DNA of 64,000 nt from Ignavibacteriota bacterium (GCA_963748405.1 CAVVIT010000010.1:819-64818); one strand, 5' to 3'; shown: positions 47,147 through 57,854, counted from the stretch's first letter. The notes: generated from the sequence alone by a model not told the origin. Numbers and translations are program-made.

Positions 47147-49480
47147 ATGCCCGACGAAGGAAAGAAGGAAGAGGAGGGAGGAAGGGAGAGGTCGAAATAC
47201 ACTCCGGAGGAGATGGAGAGGTATTTCAATGATCCTCTCTACAGGCGCCTGAAGAGCCGCCTGCGGGCGCGTTTCACGCGGAGGGTTCAGATCGTCACCG
47301 CCGTCCTCCTCGTCCTGTTCGTCCTCTGCTGTGTCTACTTCGGGTACCTTGTCTCCGGTCTTCCCTCGCTCGCCCGGATCGAAAATCCGCGCGCGGAGCT
47401 CGCCACGAAAGTCATCTCCGCCGACGGCGAAGTGCTTGGGGAGTTTTACGTCAAGAACAGGACCCACCTCGCATACTCCGAGATCCCTCCCACGGTGATC
47501 AATGCCCTCATTGCGACGGAGGACAAGGACTTCTACAGCCACTGGGGGGTCGACCTGGTCCGGTTCGCCAAAGCGATGGTGAAGAACGTCTTTGCCCTCC
47601 GCCTGAAGGAGGGGGCGAGCACGATCACGCAGCAGCTCGCACGCAACCTGTACCTGGGCCGCAACGACAGGAACGTCTTCGACACGATCACGCGCAAGCT
47701 CCGGGAGTTCCTCACGTCGATCGAGCTGGAGCGGACGTTCACGAAAGAAGAGATCCTCGAGTTCTACCTGAACGTGGTGTATTTCGGGAGGGGGTCGTAC
47801 GGCATCGCCTCGGCGTCGGAGTTGTATTTCGGCAAGACCCCGGCGGACCTGACACTCGGCCAGACCGCCACGCTTGTCGCGATGCTGAAGGGGCCGGGGT
47901 ACTATGATCCGACGGGGAAGCATCCGGAACGGGTCGTGCTCCGCCGGAACATCGTCATCGCCCAGATGCTGAAGTACAACTACATCACCCCGGACCTTGC
48001 GAAGCAGGCCGTAGAAGAGAAGCTGGATGTCCGCGCGGCGGACGAGGCCGGCGTGACGGGGATCGCGCCGCACTTCGTCGAGTACATCCGGCAGGTCATG
48101 ACGAAAAAGGCGGAAAAGTACGGGCTCGACCTCTACAGGGACGGGCTGGCAGTCTACACGACGGTCGACAGCCGCATGCAGCGCTACGCGAACCGGGCGG
48201 TCGAGGAACATCTTGCCGAATACCAGAAGCTCTTCGACAAACAGTGGGACTGGGCGAAGCAGCACGACGCCGCCGTCCGCGTGATCGATCAGGCGATAAG
48301 CTCTTCCCAGCAGTTCAGGACTGCCGTGACCCTCCGCGAACGGGACGCCGTCAGGCGCGAGCTTCTCAGGAACAGGGCCTTCCAGGATTCCGTCCGGCGT
48401 GTCGCCTCGTCCATCGAGACCGGGTTTGTCGCGCTCGACGTGAAGACCGGCGGGGTCCTGGCGATGGTGGGGGGCGCGAATTTCAGGACGTTCCGATACG
48501 GGCTCAACCACGTCACGCAGATCCGCCGGCAGGTCGGTTCGGCGTTCAAGCCGTTCGTGTATACCGTGGCGATCGACAACGGGTATTCTCCCGTCTACCA
48601 GCTCCTCAACCAGCCCGTGACGATCATGATGCCCGACGGGAAGCGCTGGACGCCTTCCAATTTCGACGGCTCGTTCGGGGGAAAAAGCACGATACGGGAG
48701 GCGATCAAACACTCGATCAACCTCGTTGCCGTCCGTGCGATCCTCGAGATCGCCCCGGTCGACCAGGTGATCGCCTATGCGAAAAGGATGGGCATCTCCT
48801 CCCCGCTCCCCGCGGTCTCCTCCCTGGCCCTCGGCGTCGGCGACGTGTCGCCGCTGGAGATGGCCTCGGCATTCAGCGTCTTCGCGGATAAAGGTGTCCG
48901 CGCGGAACCGTATGCGATCGAGCGGATCGAGGACAAAGACGGGAACGTCCTTGAGGAAAACCCTCCCACGCGCCGCGAGATCCTGAGCGACGCGACGGCG
49001 TTCATCATGACCTCGATGCTCGAGGGGGTCGTCAACGGCGGCACCGGAACCCGCGTCCGCGATTACTTCCAGCTTCCGGCCGCGGGGAAGACGGGAACGA
49101 CGACGGACTTTGCCGACGCGTGGTTCGTGGGGTACACGCCCCGGATCGCCGCGGCGGTCTGGGTGGGGTTCGACGAGCCGAGCGTGCATTTCACGACGTG
49201 GGACGGGCAGGGGGGGAGGGCGGCCGCCCCAATCTGGGGAAAGTTCATGCGCTCGGTCTACGACGATCCGGCGATTGCGATGCCGCTGGAGTATTTCGAG
49301 CGTCCGGCGGACGTGTACGCGGATTCGATCTGCACGGAGACCAAGAAGCTCGCGACGCCGTACTGCCCCGAGAAGGTGGTCGAGTACTTCACGGACAAGA
49401 CCCGCCCAGGGCCCTGCGACGTTCACACGTCGGCCGACTGGAAGAAAGAGCAGCACGGGACCGGGAGGGTGAGTTTCTGA
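47147..49480 (+). CDS. Class A penicillin-binding protein (PBP1A family)
   Basis: N-terminal transmembrane segment. Transglycosylase ATEDKDF.H.G, GASTITQQLARN and RKLRE. Transpeptidase SAFK, SIN and KTGT. Confidence 0.95.
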   Translation: MPDEGKKEEEGGRERSKYTPEEMERYFNDPLYRRLKSRLRARFTRRVQIVTAVLLVLFVLCCVYFGYLVSGLPSLARIENPRAELATKVISADGEVLGEFYVKNRTHLAYSEIPPTVINALIATEDKDFYSHWGVDLVRFAKAMVKNVFALRLKEGASTITQQLARNLYLGRNDRNVFDTITRKLREFLTSIELERTFTKEEILEFYLNVVYFGRGSYGIASASELYFGKTPADLTLGQTATLVAMLKGPGYYDPTGKHPERVVLRRNIVIAQMLKYNYITPDLAKQAVEEKLDVRAADEAGVTGIAPHFVEYIRQVMTKKAEKYGLDLYRDGLAVYTTVDSRMQRYANRAVEEHLAEYQKLFDKQWDWAKQHDAAVRVIDQAISSSQQFRTAVTLRERDAVRRELLRNRAFQDSVRRVASSIETGFVALDVKTGGVLAMVGGANFRTFRYGLNHVTQIRRQVGSAFKPFVYTVAIDNGYSPVYQLLNQPVTIMMPDGKRWTPSNFDGSFGGKSTIREAIKHSINLVAVRAILEIAPVDQVIAYAKRMGISSPLPAVSSLALGVGDVSPLEMASAFSVFADKGVRAEPYAIERIEDKDGNVLEENPPTRREILSDATAFIMTSMLEGVVNGGTGTRVRDYFQLPAAGKTGTTTDFADAWFVGYTPRIAAAVWVGFDEPSVHFTTWDGQGGRAAAPIWGKFMRSVYDDPAIAMPLEYFERPADVYADSICTETKKLATPYCPEKVVEYFTDKTRPGPCDVHTSADWKKEQHGTGRVSF

Positions 49481-49541
49481 AGAGTATGAATCATTTCCCC
49501 CGCGGACACGTATAACGGAGGACTATGCAGAAGGGGTGTGC

Positions 49542-50540
49542 ATGAGGTACTTCGTTACCGGGGGGACGGGGTTCATCGGGAGCAGGCTCGTGAAGCAGCT
49601 TCTCGATGCCCGCCACGAGGTTGTGGCGATCGTCCGCGATCCGGCGAAAGCGGTCGCGCTCCGAGTGCAGGGCGTTGACCTCTGGGCCGGGGACGTGACC
49701 GACAGGGAGAGCATGCGTGGTCCGATGAAAGGGGTGGACGGCGTGTTCCACCTCGCCGGTTGGTACAAGGTGGGGGTCAGGGATAAGTCGCAGGCATATT
49801 CCGTCAACGTCGATGGAACCCGCAACGTCCTCACGCTGATGAAGGAGCTCGAAATCCCCCGGGGAGTGTACACCAGCACGCTCGCGGTGTTTTCGGACAC
49901 GCACGGACGGCTGGCCGACGAAACCTACCGGTTCTCCGGCGAGCATCTGAGCGTCTACGACAGAACGAAATCGATCGCCCACTACCAGGTCGCCGAGCCG
50001 ATGGTGCGGAGCGGCCTCCCGCTCGTCATCGTGCAACCGGGACTCGTCTACGGTCCAGGGGATACGAGCGCTGTGGGCGAGACGCTCGTGAAGTTTTTTC
50101 ATCACCGGCTTCCGATGCTCCCGGCCGGTACGGAATTCACGTGGGCCCACGTGGACGACGTCGCCCGCGCGCACGTGCTCGCGATGGAGAAAGGGAGGCC
50201 CGGCGAAACGTACATCATCGCCGGTCCCCGCCACACGATCATCGAGGCCATGGAGATCGTCTCGAAGCTCAGCGGTAGGCCGGCCCCCCGGATTCACGTC
50301 CCTCCCGTCGTGATGAAGGCGTTCGCCGGGACAATGGGCGTGCTGGAGAGGGTTCTCCCCGTCTCCGGGGAGTTCTCCGAGGAGTATTTGAGGATCAACG
50401 CAGGCGTCACGTACATCGGCGACAACGCGAAGGCGCGACGCGAGCTCGGCTACAACCCCCGCCCGCTGGCGGAAGGCATGAAGGAGACATTAAAAAGCGA
50501 AATGTCGCTCCTCGGCCTCCGGCAGATTCCTGAAGTTTGA
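49542..50540 (+). CDS. NAD-dependent epimerase/dehydratase (extended SDR)
   Basis: TGGTGFIG, FHLAG, YDRTK (YxxxK), VYGPGD and HVDDVA. Confidence 0.92.
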   Translation: MRYFVTGGTGFIGSRLVKQLLDARHEVVAIVRDPAKAVALRVQGVDLWAGDVTDRESMRGPMKGVDGVFHLAGWYKVGVRDKSQAYSVNVDGTRNVLTLMKELEIPRGVYTSTLAVFSDTHGRLADETYRFSGEHLSVYDRTKSIAHYQVAEPMVRSGLPLVIVQPGLVYGPGDTSAVGETLVKFFHHRLPMLPAGTEFTWAHVDDVARAHVLAMEKGRPGETYIIAGPRHTIIEAMEIVSKLSGRPAPRIHVPPVVMKAFAGTMGVLERVLPVSGEFSEEYLRINAGVTYIGDNAKARRELGYNPRPLAEGMKETLKSEMSLLGLRQIPEV

Positions 50541-50580
50541 CCCCCGGCTCCCCGCCGGAGGCATCGCATCGGTGATCGAA

Positions 50581-51666
50581 ATGCAGTCCTCCGCACGCCG
50601 CGCCGCAGTCTCGTTTGCCGCCCTTTTCGCACTCGCCTGCTCATCCCCGAAATCTCCGGAACTTCACGCTCCTCCCGCGGGGGATGGCGTGAGGGACTCC
50701 GCCGCGCAGGCGCCAAAACGCGAGACCCGACTTCAGGCGGTCCTGGAGCTGCGTGACGGCTCCCGGATCGTCGGCACGCCCCTTGCGTCGGGGTTCACGC
50801 TGAAATCCGCGTATGGGGCCATCGACTTCACGCTCGACCGGGTCGGCCTCGTGACATTCTCGGACAGCGCCGGGGGAGTGACGATCGAGTTTCGGAACGG
50901 GGACATTGTTCGGGGGACGCTCACGGCGCAGTCCATTGCCGTGGAGTTTGCCGCCGGGAAACTGGTGCTTCCTGTCGCGTCGATACTCCGCATATCGCCG
51001 GCATCGGCGGATGGAGATGTCTTGCAGGGGCTGGTCGCGCACTACCCGCTTCACGGGAACGCGTCGGACGCTACCGGCCACGGGTACGACGGCGTGAATT
51101 ACGGCGCCGTCCCGGCTCCGGATCGATTCGGTGTGGCCGGCAATGCGTGTGCGTTTGACGGAAAGGATGCCCGCATCCATCTCCCCGAGGGGATCATCGA
51201 TCCTGACTGCGCCGGGTGTACGGTATCGATGTGGGTGATGACCAACTCCTCCAGGCCCCCCCGTGAAGCCTTCTACATCGGCGCGGCGACCGCCGAGTTC
51301 AGCATCTGGAATGTCGGCGGCGAGTTCAGGGTGGGGCCGGGGCTGATCGACGGCAGGATGCACGAAGTCTTCGCACCGGCCCCGGAGAACGTGTTCGTTC
51401 ATCTTACCGCCGTGTACCTGCGTGGCAAATGGGCCCGCCTCTATATCAACGGTGAGCTCAAGTCCGAAATCTCCCTCCCCGACATTCCCCTTCGTTCCGG
51501 GCTTTCTGAGTACTCGTCGGGTATCGGGACGTACGCGCCCCAGCATCCCGAACACGGACGGCGGTTTGGAAGGCTGAACTGGTCCGGCAGGATCAGCGAC
51601 GTCCGGATCTACAATCGCGCGCTGAACGACGGGGAGATCATCGTGCTTGCCCGGCCGGGCTCCTAG
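50581..51666 (+). CDS. Lipoprotein with C-terminal LamG/concanavalin-like domain
   Basis: FALA-C lipobox. Two L/F-R-D/N-G...G repeats. GLVAHYPL.GNA.D, DRFG...A..FDG, LYING and G.ISDVRIYNRAL. Confidence 0.8.
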   Translation: MQSSARRAAVSFAALFALACSSPKSPELHAPPAGDGVRDSAAQAPKRETRLQAVLELRDGSRIVGTPLASGFTLKSAYGAIDFTLDRVGLVTFSDSAGGVTIEFRNGDIVRGTLTAQSIAVEFAAGKLVLPVASILRISPASADGDVLQGLVAHYPLHGNASDATGHGYDGVNYGAVPAPDRFGVAGNACAFDGKDARIHLPEGIIDPDCAGCTVSMWVMTNSSRPPREAFYIGAATAEFSIWNVGGEFRVGPGLIDGRMHEVFAPAPENVFVHLTAVYLRGKWARLYINGELKSEISLPDIPLRSGLSEYSSGIGTYAPQHPEHGRRFGRLNWSGRISDVRIYNRALNDGEIIVLARPGS

Positions 51667-54359
51667 CCGGCGGATTCCCCGCTCGAATCAATATGCCCAC
51701 CCGGGCAGACGAGCGTTTCGGCAAGCACCTTGAGAAGCGTCTCGGCTGTATAGGGCTTTGTCAGGAGCGTGTGGACGCCGGACACGGCCTGGGGTATCGA
51801 CTTACCCTGTGTCATCAACCCGCTGGCGGCGATGATCCTGACCCCGGGGTCGATCTTCTGGAGCGCGAGGATCGTCGCCGCACCGTCCATCACGGGCATC
51901 ATGATGTCGGTGATGACGACCCTGACATTCTCCCTGTGTTCGACGTACAGCGCGACTCCTTCGGCGCCGTCTCCGGCCATTATCGTGGTGTAGCCGTACG
52001 ACTCGAGTGTCAGGCGGGTGATCTCCCTGATGGCCGATTCGTCGTCGATGACGAGTATGAGTTCGCCGTTTCCCCTCGGGAGTTCCGGTTCCCTGTCCCC
52101 CGTCCCGGTGTCCGGCCCCCTGCCGGTTGCCGGCAGGTGAATCCTGAACGTCGCTCCCCTTCCCTGCTCGGACTCCAGCGTGATGAACCCTTCGTGGCTC
52201 TTGACGATCGCGAGCGTCGTCGAGAGCCCGAGCCCGGTTCCCATCCCGGCTTCTTTCGTCGTGAAGAACGGGTCGAATATCCTGTCCCTGATCGATGCGG
52301 GGATTCCCGTACCGGTGTCAGCGATTGTCAGGCAGACATACGGCCCCGGTTTCGCCCCGGGCTGCATCCGCGCGTAGTTCTCGTCGATCGTCTGGTTTTC
52401 CGCTGAAACGGAGAGCGTCCCCCCCCTGGGCATCGCGTCGCGCGCGTTGACGAAGACGTTCAGGAGTACCTGGTGCATTTGTGTCGGGTCGGCCGAGACA
52501 GTCCAGAGGTCGTGGGGGATATCCGTCTCGATTTCGATGGATTTCGGGAATGTCCCCTCCGCGATCTTGACGACTTCGTTGACGACGTGGCGGATCTGGA
52601 CGTCGATCCGGTCTCCGGGGAGTCCCTTGCCGAACGCCAGGACCTGCCGGATAATGTCCGATCCGCGCTTCGCGGAAGTCTCGATCGTGTTCAGGACCTT
52701 CTGCCCGCGGGGGTCTGAGACCTTTGATCGGAGGACGTCGATCGCCATCAGTATCGGGGAAAGGACGTTGTTGAGGTCGTGCGCGATCCCTGCCGCGAGC
52801 GTCCCGATGCTCTCCATGCGCTGGGCTCTGAGAAACTCCGCCGCCTGCCGTTTCATATCGGTAACGTCCCTCGAAACGATGACCCCCTTCGTGACGGCGC
52901 CGTTTTCGTCCTTGATCATCCCCCCGCGCGATTCGAAATCCCGGACCGAACCGTCTTTCGCGATGAGACGGTACTCGATCGGCGTCGGGACGCCCCTCTC
53001 GACGTTCCTCCGGAAGGTTTCCGCGACCTTCTCCCTGTCCCCGGGATGAACATCGCGGAAAAGGGATGTGCCTTTCAGGGACCCGGGGTCGCCCAGGAGC
53101 GGGCCGTATGAGGGACTGCTGTACAGTCTCGTCCCTTCCGGGGTGACGACGGAGATCATGTCGGTGACGTTTTCCGCGATCAGTCGGAACTGCTGTTCGT
53201 TCTCCCTGAGCTGCTCCTCCCCGAGTTTGCGTTCCGTGACGTCCCGCCCGACCACGGAGGCGGCCACAACGTTTCGCTGGATGTCGTGTATCGGTGAGAC
53301 AGTCAGCGACACGAATATGTCCCGCCCGTCCTTCCGGCGTCGGAGCGTTTCAAAGTGATCGACGTGCCCTCCCGCAGAAATCTTCTCCAGTATCTCTGCA
53401 AGCTCGTCGGAACGTCCCGGCGGAATGAGCATCGAAATGCTCTTCCCGAGGACTTCCGATTCCCGGTATCCGTATATCCGTTCCGCCCCCCTGTTCCAGC
53501 TCGTGATGATCCCTTCGAGCGATTTGCCGATGATCGCGTCGTCGGACGACTGGACGATGGCAGCGAGCTCCCGTGACTTCTCTTCGCTTCGTTTGCGTTC
53601 GGTGATGTCGTTGTAGATGACCGCGAAATAGCCCCTCTGGATGCTGTACACGGAGAGGGACCCCCACTTGTCGAGGGGAGGGACGTAGATCTCGAACCGT
53701 TCCGGTCTGCCTGTACGGGCGACCTTCCCGTAGATCTCGAACAGTTCGGGGTTTGTCTCCTTCAGACCCGGGATGAGATCGGTTGCCCTTTTCCCGATCA
53801 CCTCGGTAAGTTCGGAAATCGACAGGAATGCCTTGTTGACCTCAAGGTACTCAAAATCGACCGGCCGGTTCTTTTCGAGGATGATCCGGCAATAGGCGAA
53901 CCCTTCCAGCATGTTGTCGACAAGCGACCGGAGCAGCTCGCCGCTTTCCCGGAGCTGCGGTTCTGCGTCTTTCCCACGCGTAACGTCATGCACGATGACA
54001 AGCCGTGCCCCGCTTCCCCGAAAGGTGATCAGGTGGGAGTTGATCTCGACGTCGATGACCTTGCCGCTTTTTGTCTTGTGGCGCCGCCCACTTGAAGATT
54101 GCAGCCCCGCTCTTTTTTCGGCCGTGTCGGCGAAGAGCCGGGGAACGTCTTCCGCGGGGCGGATATCCGCAATGGTCTTTGCGAGAAATTCGTCGCGCGA
54201 GTATTCGTACTTTGCGACGGCCGCCTCGTTCACGTCAAGGAACGAGAGCGTACCGGGGTCGTATACCCACATGGGAAGCGGATAATTCTGGAAGAGGAGG
54301 CCGAACGCTTCATCGCTTCCTCCCGGTTGCCATTGCTCCGGCTGCGTCTTTTCGTGCAT
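51663..54359 (-). CDS. Hybrid sensor histidine kinase/response regulator with four PAS domains
   Basis: Four PAS/PAC units ending DVT/DIT. H-box GIAHDLNN, NARDAM, DTGTGI, FFTTK and GTGLGL. Receiver VIDDE...DIMMP...KP. Confidence 0.95.
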   Translation of the reverse strand: MHEKTQPEQWQPGGSDEAFGLLFQNYPLPMWVYDPGTLSFLDVNEAAVAKYEYSRDEFLAKTIADIRPAEDVPRLFADTAEKRAGLQSSSGRRHKTKSGKVIDVEINSHLITFRGSGARLVIVHDVTRGKDAEPQLRESGELLRSLVDNMLEGFAYCRIILEKNRPVDFEYLEVNKAFLSISELTEVIGKRATDLIPGLKETNPELFEIYGKVARTGRPERFEIYVPPLDKWGSLSVYSIQRGYFAVIYNDITERKRSEEKSRELAAIVQSSDDAIIGKSLEGIITSWNRGAERIYGYRESEVLGKSISMLIPPGRSDELAEILEKISAGGHVDHFETLRRRKDGRDIFVSLTVSPIHDIQRNVVAASVVGRDVTERKLGEEQLRENEQQFRLIAENVTDMISVVTPEGTRLYSSPSYGPLLGDPGSLKGTSLFRDVHPGDREKVAETFRRNVERGVPTPIEYRLIAKDGSVRDFESRGGMIKDENGAVTKGVIVSRDVTDMKRQAAEFLRAQRMESIGTLAAGIAHDLNNVLSPILMAIDVLRSKVSDPRGQKVLNTIETSAKRGSDIIRQVLAFGKGLPGDRIDVQIRHVVNEVVKIAEGTFPKSIEIETDIPHDLWTVSADPTQMHQVLLNVFVNARDAMPRGGTLSVSAENQTIDENYARMQPGAKPGPYVCLTIADTGTGIPASIRDRIFDPFFTTKEAGMGTGLGLSTTLAIVKSHEGFITLESEQGRGATFRIHLPATGRGPDTGTGDREPELPRGNGELILVIDDESAIREITRLTLESYGYTTIMAGDGAEGVALYVEHRENVRVVITDIMMPVMDGAATILALQKIDPGVRIIAASGLMTQGKSIPQAVSGVHTLLTKPYTAETLLKVLAETLVCPGGHIDSSGESAG

Positions 54360-54760
54360 GTCGATCCCCGCTGTGTAACCCGTCTGCGTTCATTGGTGAA
54401 GCATCTGCGCGAAGAGAGATCCCGGTGGTGCGCACCTCCTGAGTTGGTCAGGACACTCTCAATGGACAATTCCCGTGCCCGTCGCAGAACCGCCGAATCT
54501 GTGGGTTCGGGGCCCGAAACGAGGTCGCGTATCTCCGTGCATTCCGAATATGACAATGGCGGTCACCTGGTGGATAGTGGCCACCTTCAGTGTCCAGGTG
54601 TCATCGCTATACAGAGTAATCAATCGAAAAATGCTGGCATGCAGTTTGCGACAATGGGTGACAACTAACACGTCGCCACACTCCTCTCTCGACTCACGAG
54701 GCGGCCCGACTGCCCGGCTTGGCAAGCGATGTCGTCCATCCTGTCGAAAGGTAGAAGACC

Positions 54761-56494
54761 ATGAAATGGTTCTATGATCTCAAAATCGGAACGAAGCTGA
54801 TCTCGAGTTTCATCGTCGTTTCCTGCATCGCCGCTGCCATCGGGTATATCGGCATTTCGGGCCTGAATACTATGACTGCGCAGAGCGACCAGATGTACGC
54901 GAATGTGACCGTGCCCATAGACCAGCTCGGAAACATCACCGAAGCATTTCAGCGGGTTCGGGTCAACACCCGGGACATGCTGGTAGCACAGACCCGGGAG
55001 GAGATGGAGCAGAAGATCACCAGGATAGCCGAACTGAGATCGGAAGTTTCAAAGAACGCGTCCTTGTTTGAAAAGACTCTGAATTCTCCGGAATCAAAAG
55101 ACGATTTCAAGGCCTTTTTGGACTCTCGTGTGGCGTACGGCACGAACCTTGACTTGCTTGTCAAATTGGCCCGGGAGAACAAGAAGAATGAGGCCTGGGG
55201 GGTCATGCGCGGGGATGGATTGAAAACGGCTACAATTGAACAGGCTGCGATCAATACCATGCGGGAGCACAAGTTGAAGGAGGCGCAGGCCCGGAACGTG
55301 GAGAACGCCGCTGACGCGAAGTCGGCCACGACACTGATGCTCGGAAGCCTCGCCCTCGGCGTTCTGATCGCAATCTCCCTGGGCGTATTCATCGCCCGTA
55401 TTACGAGCAGTCCGGTGAAAGACGTCGTCCGGAGCATCGACAACGCGGACCTGAACATGCAGTTCCATTCCGACAGAAAGGACGAGGTGGGTGACCTGCA
55501 GAGGTCGTTCGATAAATTTGTCCTTTCGATCAAGGACACGCTCCTTCAGGTCGCGGAGGCTTCCTCGGCGGTCGCCAGCGCCTCGAGCGAGATCAGCTCG
55601 AGCACCGAGCAGATGGCGGCCGGGAGCCAGGAACAGACCTCCCAGGCGGGTGAAGTGGCCAGCGCGGTCGAAGAGATGACAAAGACGATTGTGGAAAACT
55701 CCAAGAATGCAGGGAACACCGCCGACACGGCGAAGACCGCGAAAGCGGCCGCCGAGCAGGGGGGACAGGTGGTGGACGAGACGGTCGCCGGGATGAAGCG
55801 GATCGCCGAGGTGGTGCGGAAGTCCGCGGAGACGGTGCAGGCGCTGGGGAAATCGAGCGACCAGATCGGCGAGATCATCGGCGTGATCGACGACATTGCC
55901 GACCAGACGAATCTTCTGGCCCTGAATGCGGCGATCGAAGCGGCGCGCGCCGGGGAACAGGGACGGGGTTTCGCCGTGGTGGCCGATGAGGTGCGGAAGC
56001 TGGCGGAGCGGACGACGAAGGCGACGAAGGAAATCGCCTCGATGATCAAGACGATACAGACGGACACGGCGGGAGCGGTCACCTCGATGGGCGAAGGGAC
56101 GAAGCAGGTGGACGAGGGGATCAAGCTGGCGGACAAGGCGGGGGAATCGCTGAAGGAGATCGTGGAAATCAGCCAGAAGGTGACGGACATGGTGGCGCAG
56201 ATCGCGGCGGCGAGCGAGCAGCAGTCGAGCGCGAGCGAGCAGATCAGCAAGAACGTGGAGGCGATCAGCACGGTGACGGGAGAGACGGCCCAGGGGACGC
56301 AGCAGATCGCGCGGGCCGCGGAAGACCTGAACCGGCTCACCGAGAACCTCCAGCAGTACATCGACAGGTTCAAGTTGTCGAAGGACTCGTCGTCGGAAAC
56401 CGGGCACGCCGCGCGGAAGCAGCCCTCGAAATCGAAGCTTGAGAAATCCAACGTCGCCGTGAAGGAAAACGGCAGCCTTGTCGCGCACGAATAA
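54761..56494 (+). CDS. Methyl-accepting chemotaxis protein (4HB sensor, HAMP, signalling domain)
   Basis: Two transmembrane segments around the sensor. [51 protein letters not shown]. Confidence 0.96.
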   Translation: MKWFYDLKIGTKLISSFIVVSCIAAAIGYIGISGLNTMTAQSDQMYANVTVPIDQLGNITEAFQRVRVNTRDMLVAQTREEMEQKITRIAELRSEVSKNASLFEKTLNSPESKDDFKAFLDSRVAYGTNLDLLVKLARENKKNEAWGVMRGDGLKTATIEQAAINTMREHKLKEAQARNVENAADAKSATTLMLGSLALGVLIAISLGVFIARITSSPVKDVVRSIDNADLNMQFHSDRKDEVGDLQRSFDKFVLSIKDTLLQVAEASSAVASASSEISSSTEQMAAGSQEQTSQAGEVASAVEEMTKTIVENSKNAGNTADTAKTAKAAAEQGGQVVDETVAGMKRIAEVVRKSAETVQALGKSSDQIGEIIGVIDDIADQTNLLALNAAIEAARAGEQGRGFAVVADEVRKLAERTTKATKEIASMIKTIQTDTAGAVTSMGEGTKQVDEGIKLADKAGESLKEIVEISQKVTDMVAQIAAASEQQSSASEQISKNVEAISTVTGETAQGTQQIARAAEDLNRLTENLQQYIDRFKLSKDSSSETGHAARKQPSKSKLEKSNVAVKENGSLVAHE

Positions 56495-56505
56495 AGGACA
56501 GAACA

Positions 56506-57003
56506 ATGGAAGAGACCAAGGACATCAAGAACGCGACACAGGGGAAGTCGGAGGAGCTGCTTCAGCTCGTGAGCTTCAACATCGGCGGAGAGGAATTCGG
56601 GGTCGATATCCTGAAGGTGCAGGAGATCAACAGGATGCTTGAAGTGACCCGTGTGCCGAACGCACCGGAGTACGTGGATGGGGTGATCAATCTGCGCGGC
56701 AAGGTCATCCCGATCATCGACCTTCGCAGGCGGTTCGACATGGAGCGGAAGGAGCACGACAAGAACACGCGGATCGTCGTCGTGGAGCTCCAGGGGAAAG
56801 TTGTCGGGTTCGTGGTGGACGCGGTGAGCGAAGTCTTGCGCATTCCGAAGAGCGTGACCGAAGCGCCGCCGCCGATCGTCGCGGGGATCAACGCGGATTA
56901 CATCACGGCAGTTGGCAAGCTCGAGGATCGACTCCTTATCCTTCTCGATCTCGAAGGCGTTCTGTCCGAAGGTGACAAGGGAGACGTCCGCCGCGTCGCG
57001 TAA
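56506..57003 (+). CDS. cheW: Chemotaxis coupling protein CheW
   Basis: EEFGVDILKVQEI, TRVPNAP.YV.GVINLRGKVIPIIDLR and GFVVDAVSEV. Confidence 0.96.
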   Translation: MEETKDIKNATQGKSEELLQLVSFNIGGEEFGVDILKVQEINRMLEVTRVPNAPEYVDGVINLRGKVIPIIDLRRRFDMERKEHDKNTRIVVVELQGKVVGFVVDAVSEVLRIPKSVTEAPPPIVAGINADYITAVGKLEDRLLILLDLEGVLSEGDKGDVRRVA

Positions 57004-57007
57004 GTAG

Positions 57008-57035
57008 TGTCATTGCGAGCGAAGCGAAGCAAACT
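57008..57035 (+). repeat. TGTC-tagged palindromic repeat, copy 5 (minimal form)
   Basis: TGTCATTGCGAGCGAAGCGAAGCAAACT, 4 nt after the cheW stop. The first 23 nt are identical to copy 1. Confidence 0.8.
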
Positions 57036-57098
57036 GGTCATGGCCGAAGCAAGAAGAATGGTCTTCCGCCGGTGGTCGGCCATACATTTCCCCTCCCA

Positions 57099-57854
57099 TC
57101 AGATCGTGTACTGAAATCCCAGGTACCCGGAAACTACATTCTCCCCTTCAAATGTGCGGCCGAGAGACAGGAGGATGTGGTTGTTCTCGCTCAGGTTGAT
57201 GATGCCGCCGAGGTCGAATCCCGTCCCCGGCCTTCCCCCATTGGTGTCCGCCGTGTGGTAGAAGATCTCTCCCCCCAGCGTCACGGTGCTCGAAAGATCA
57301 TACTGGGCTTCCCACCCGGCAAAAACCCAGTTCTTGTTCCCCGTCCCCGGGTTGATCCAGTACCCCGCACCTCCGTACGTCGTAAAATCCCCCCAGCTCT
57401 TCTGGATCCATATGGGGAGGTACGCCTGGGCGCTTCCGGCTCCGAGCTGCTTCGAGGAATTTCCCGTCGGCAGCTCAAGGAGCGGAAACATTCCGATCTG
57501 AGGGGCATTGTCCGATTCGTCAAGGAACCGGTATTTGACGCCGAGCTCGGTGTCGGAATAGCCGTATGCCTTTCCGTCCCCGCTGCGGACAAATCCCATG
57601 GGTGCGACGACGTGGAGCTGGACGTTCTGGAAAGCGCCGAAGTTGACTTCGATGTGGGGGAGAGTGGCGTCCGTCTGTTGCCTTGTGAACGACTGTTCGG
57701 ATGCCAGGTAGAATTCCCAGTGGTGGAAATCCACCGGCTGGGGGTCGTCCGTCTTGAACGGAGGTCCGGCCACGCAGGATTCAGAGACGAGTCCGGAGAT
57801 CAGGAAGAGGATGAACGTACGCAATGTGAGACCCGATCGTCTTGCTGGGTTCAT
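57099..57854 (-). CDS. Putative small outer-membrane beta-barrel (SphA/Phenol_MetA_deg-like)
   Basis: Signal peptide, then AGPPF.TDDP, SDTELGVKYRF and LPTG...LGAG. Amphipathic strands ending YLGFQYTI. Start at 57854 overlaps the upstream stop (ATGA). Confidence 0.7.
   Translation of the reverse strand: MNPARRSGLTLRTFILFLISGLVSESCVAGPPFKTDDPQPVDFHHWEFYLASEQSFTRQQTDATLPHIEVNFGAFQNVQLHVVAPMGFVRSGDGKAYGYSDTELGVKYRFLDESDNAPQIGMFPLLELPTGNSSKQLGAGSAQAYLPIWIQKSWGDFTTYGGAGYWINPGTGNKNWVFAGWEAQYDLSSTVTLGGEIFYHTADTNGGRPGTGFDLGGIINLSENNHILLSLGRTFEGENVVSGYLGFQYTI

Noticed and set aside
54690-54760. c-di-GMP riboswitch upstream of the MCP
   Set aside because: GGCAA and GAAA fragments are present, but the GEMM architecture (GGCAAA...GAAA...GACGCAAAGC) is not.
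6588-57035. CRISPR interpretation of the palindromic repeats
   Set aside because: The copies are kilobases apart and vary in length, with no regular spacers and no cas genes.
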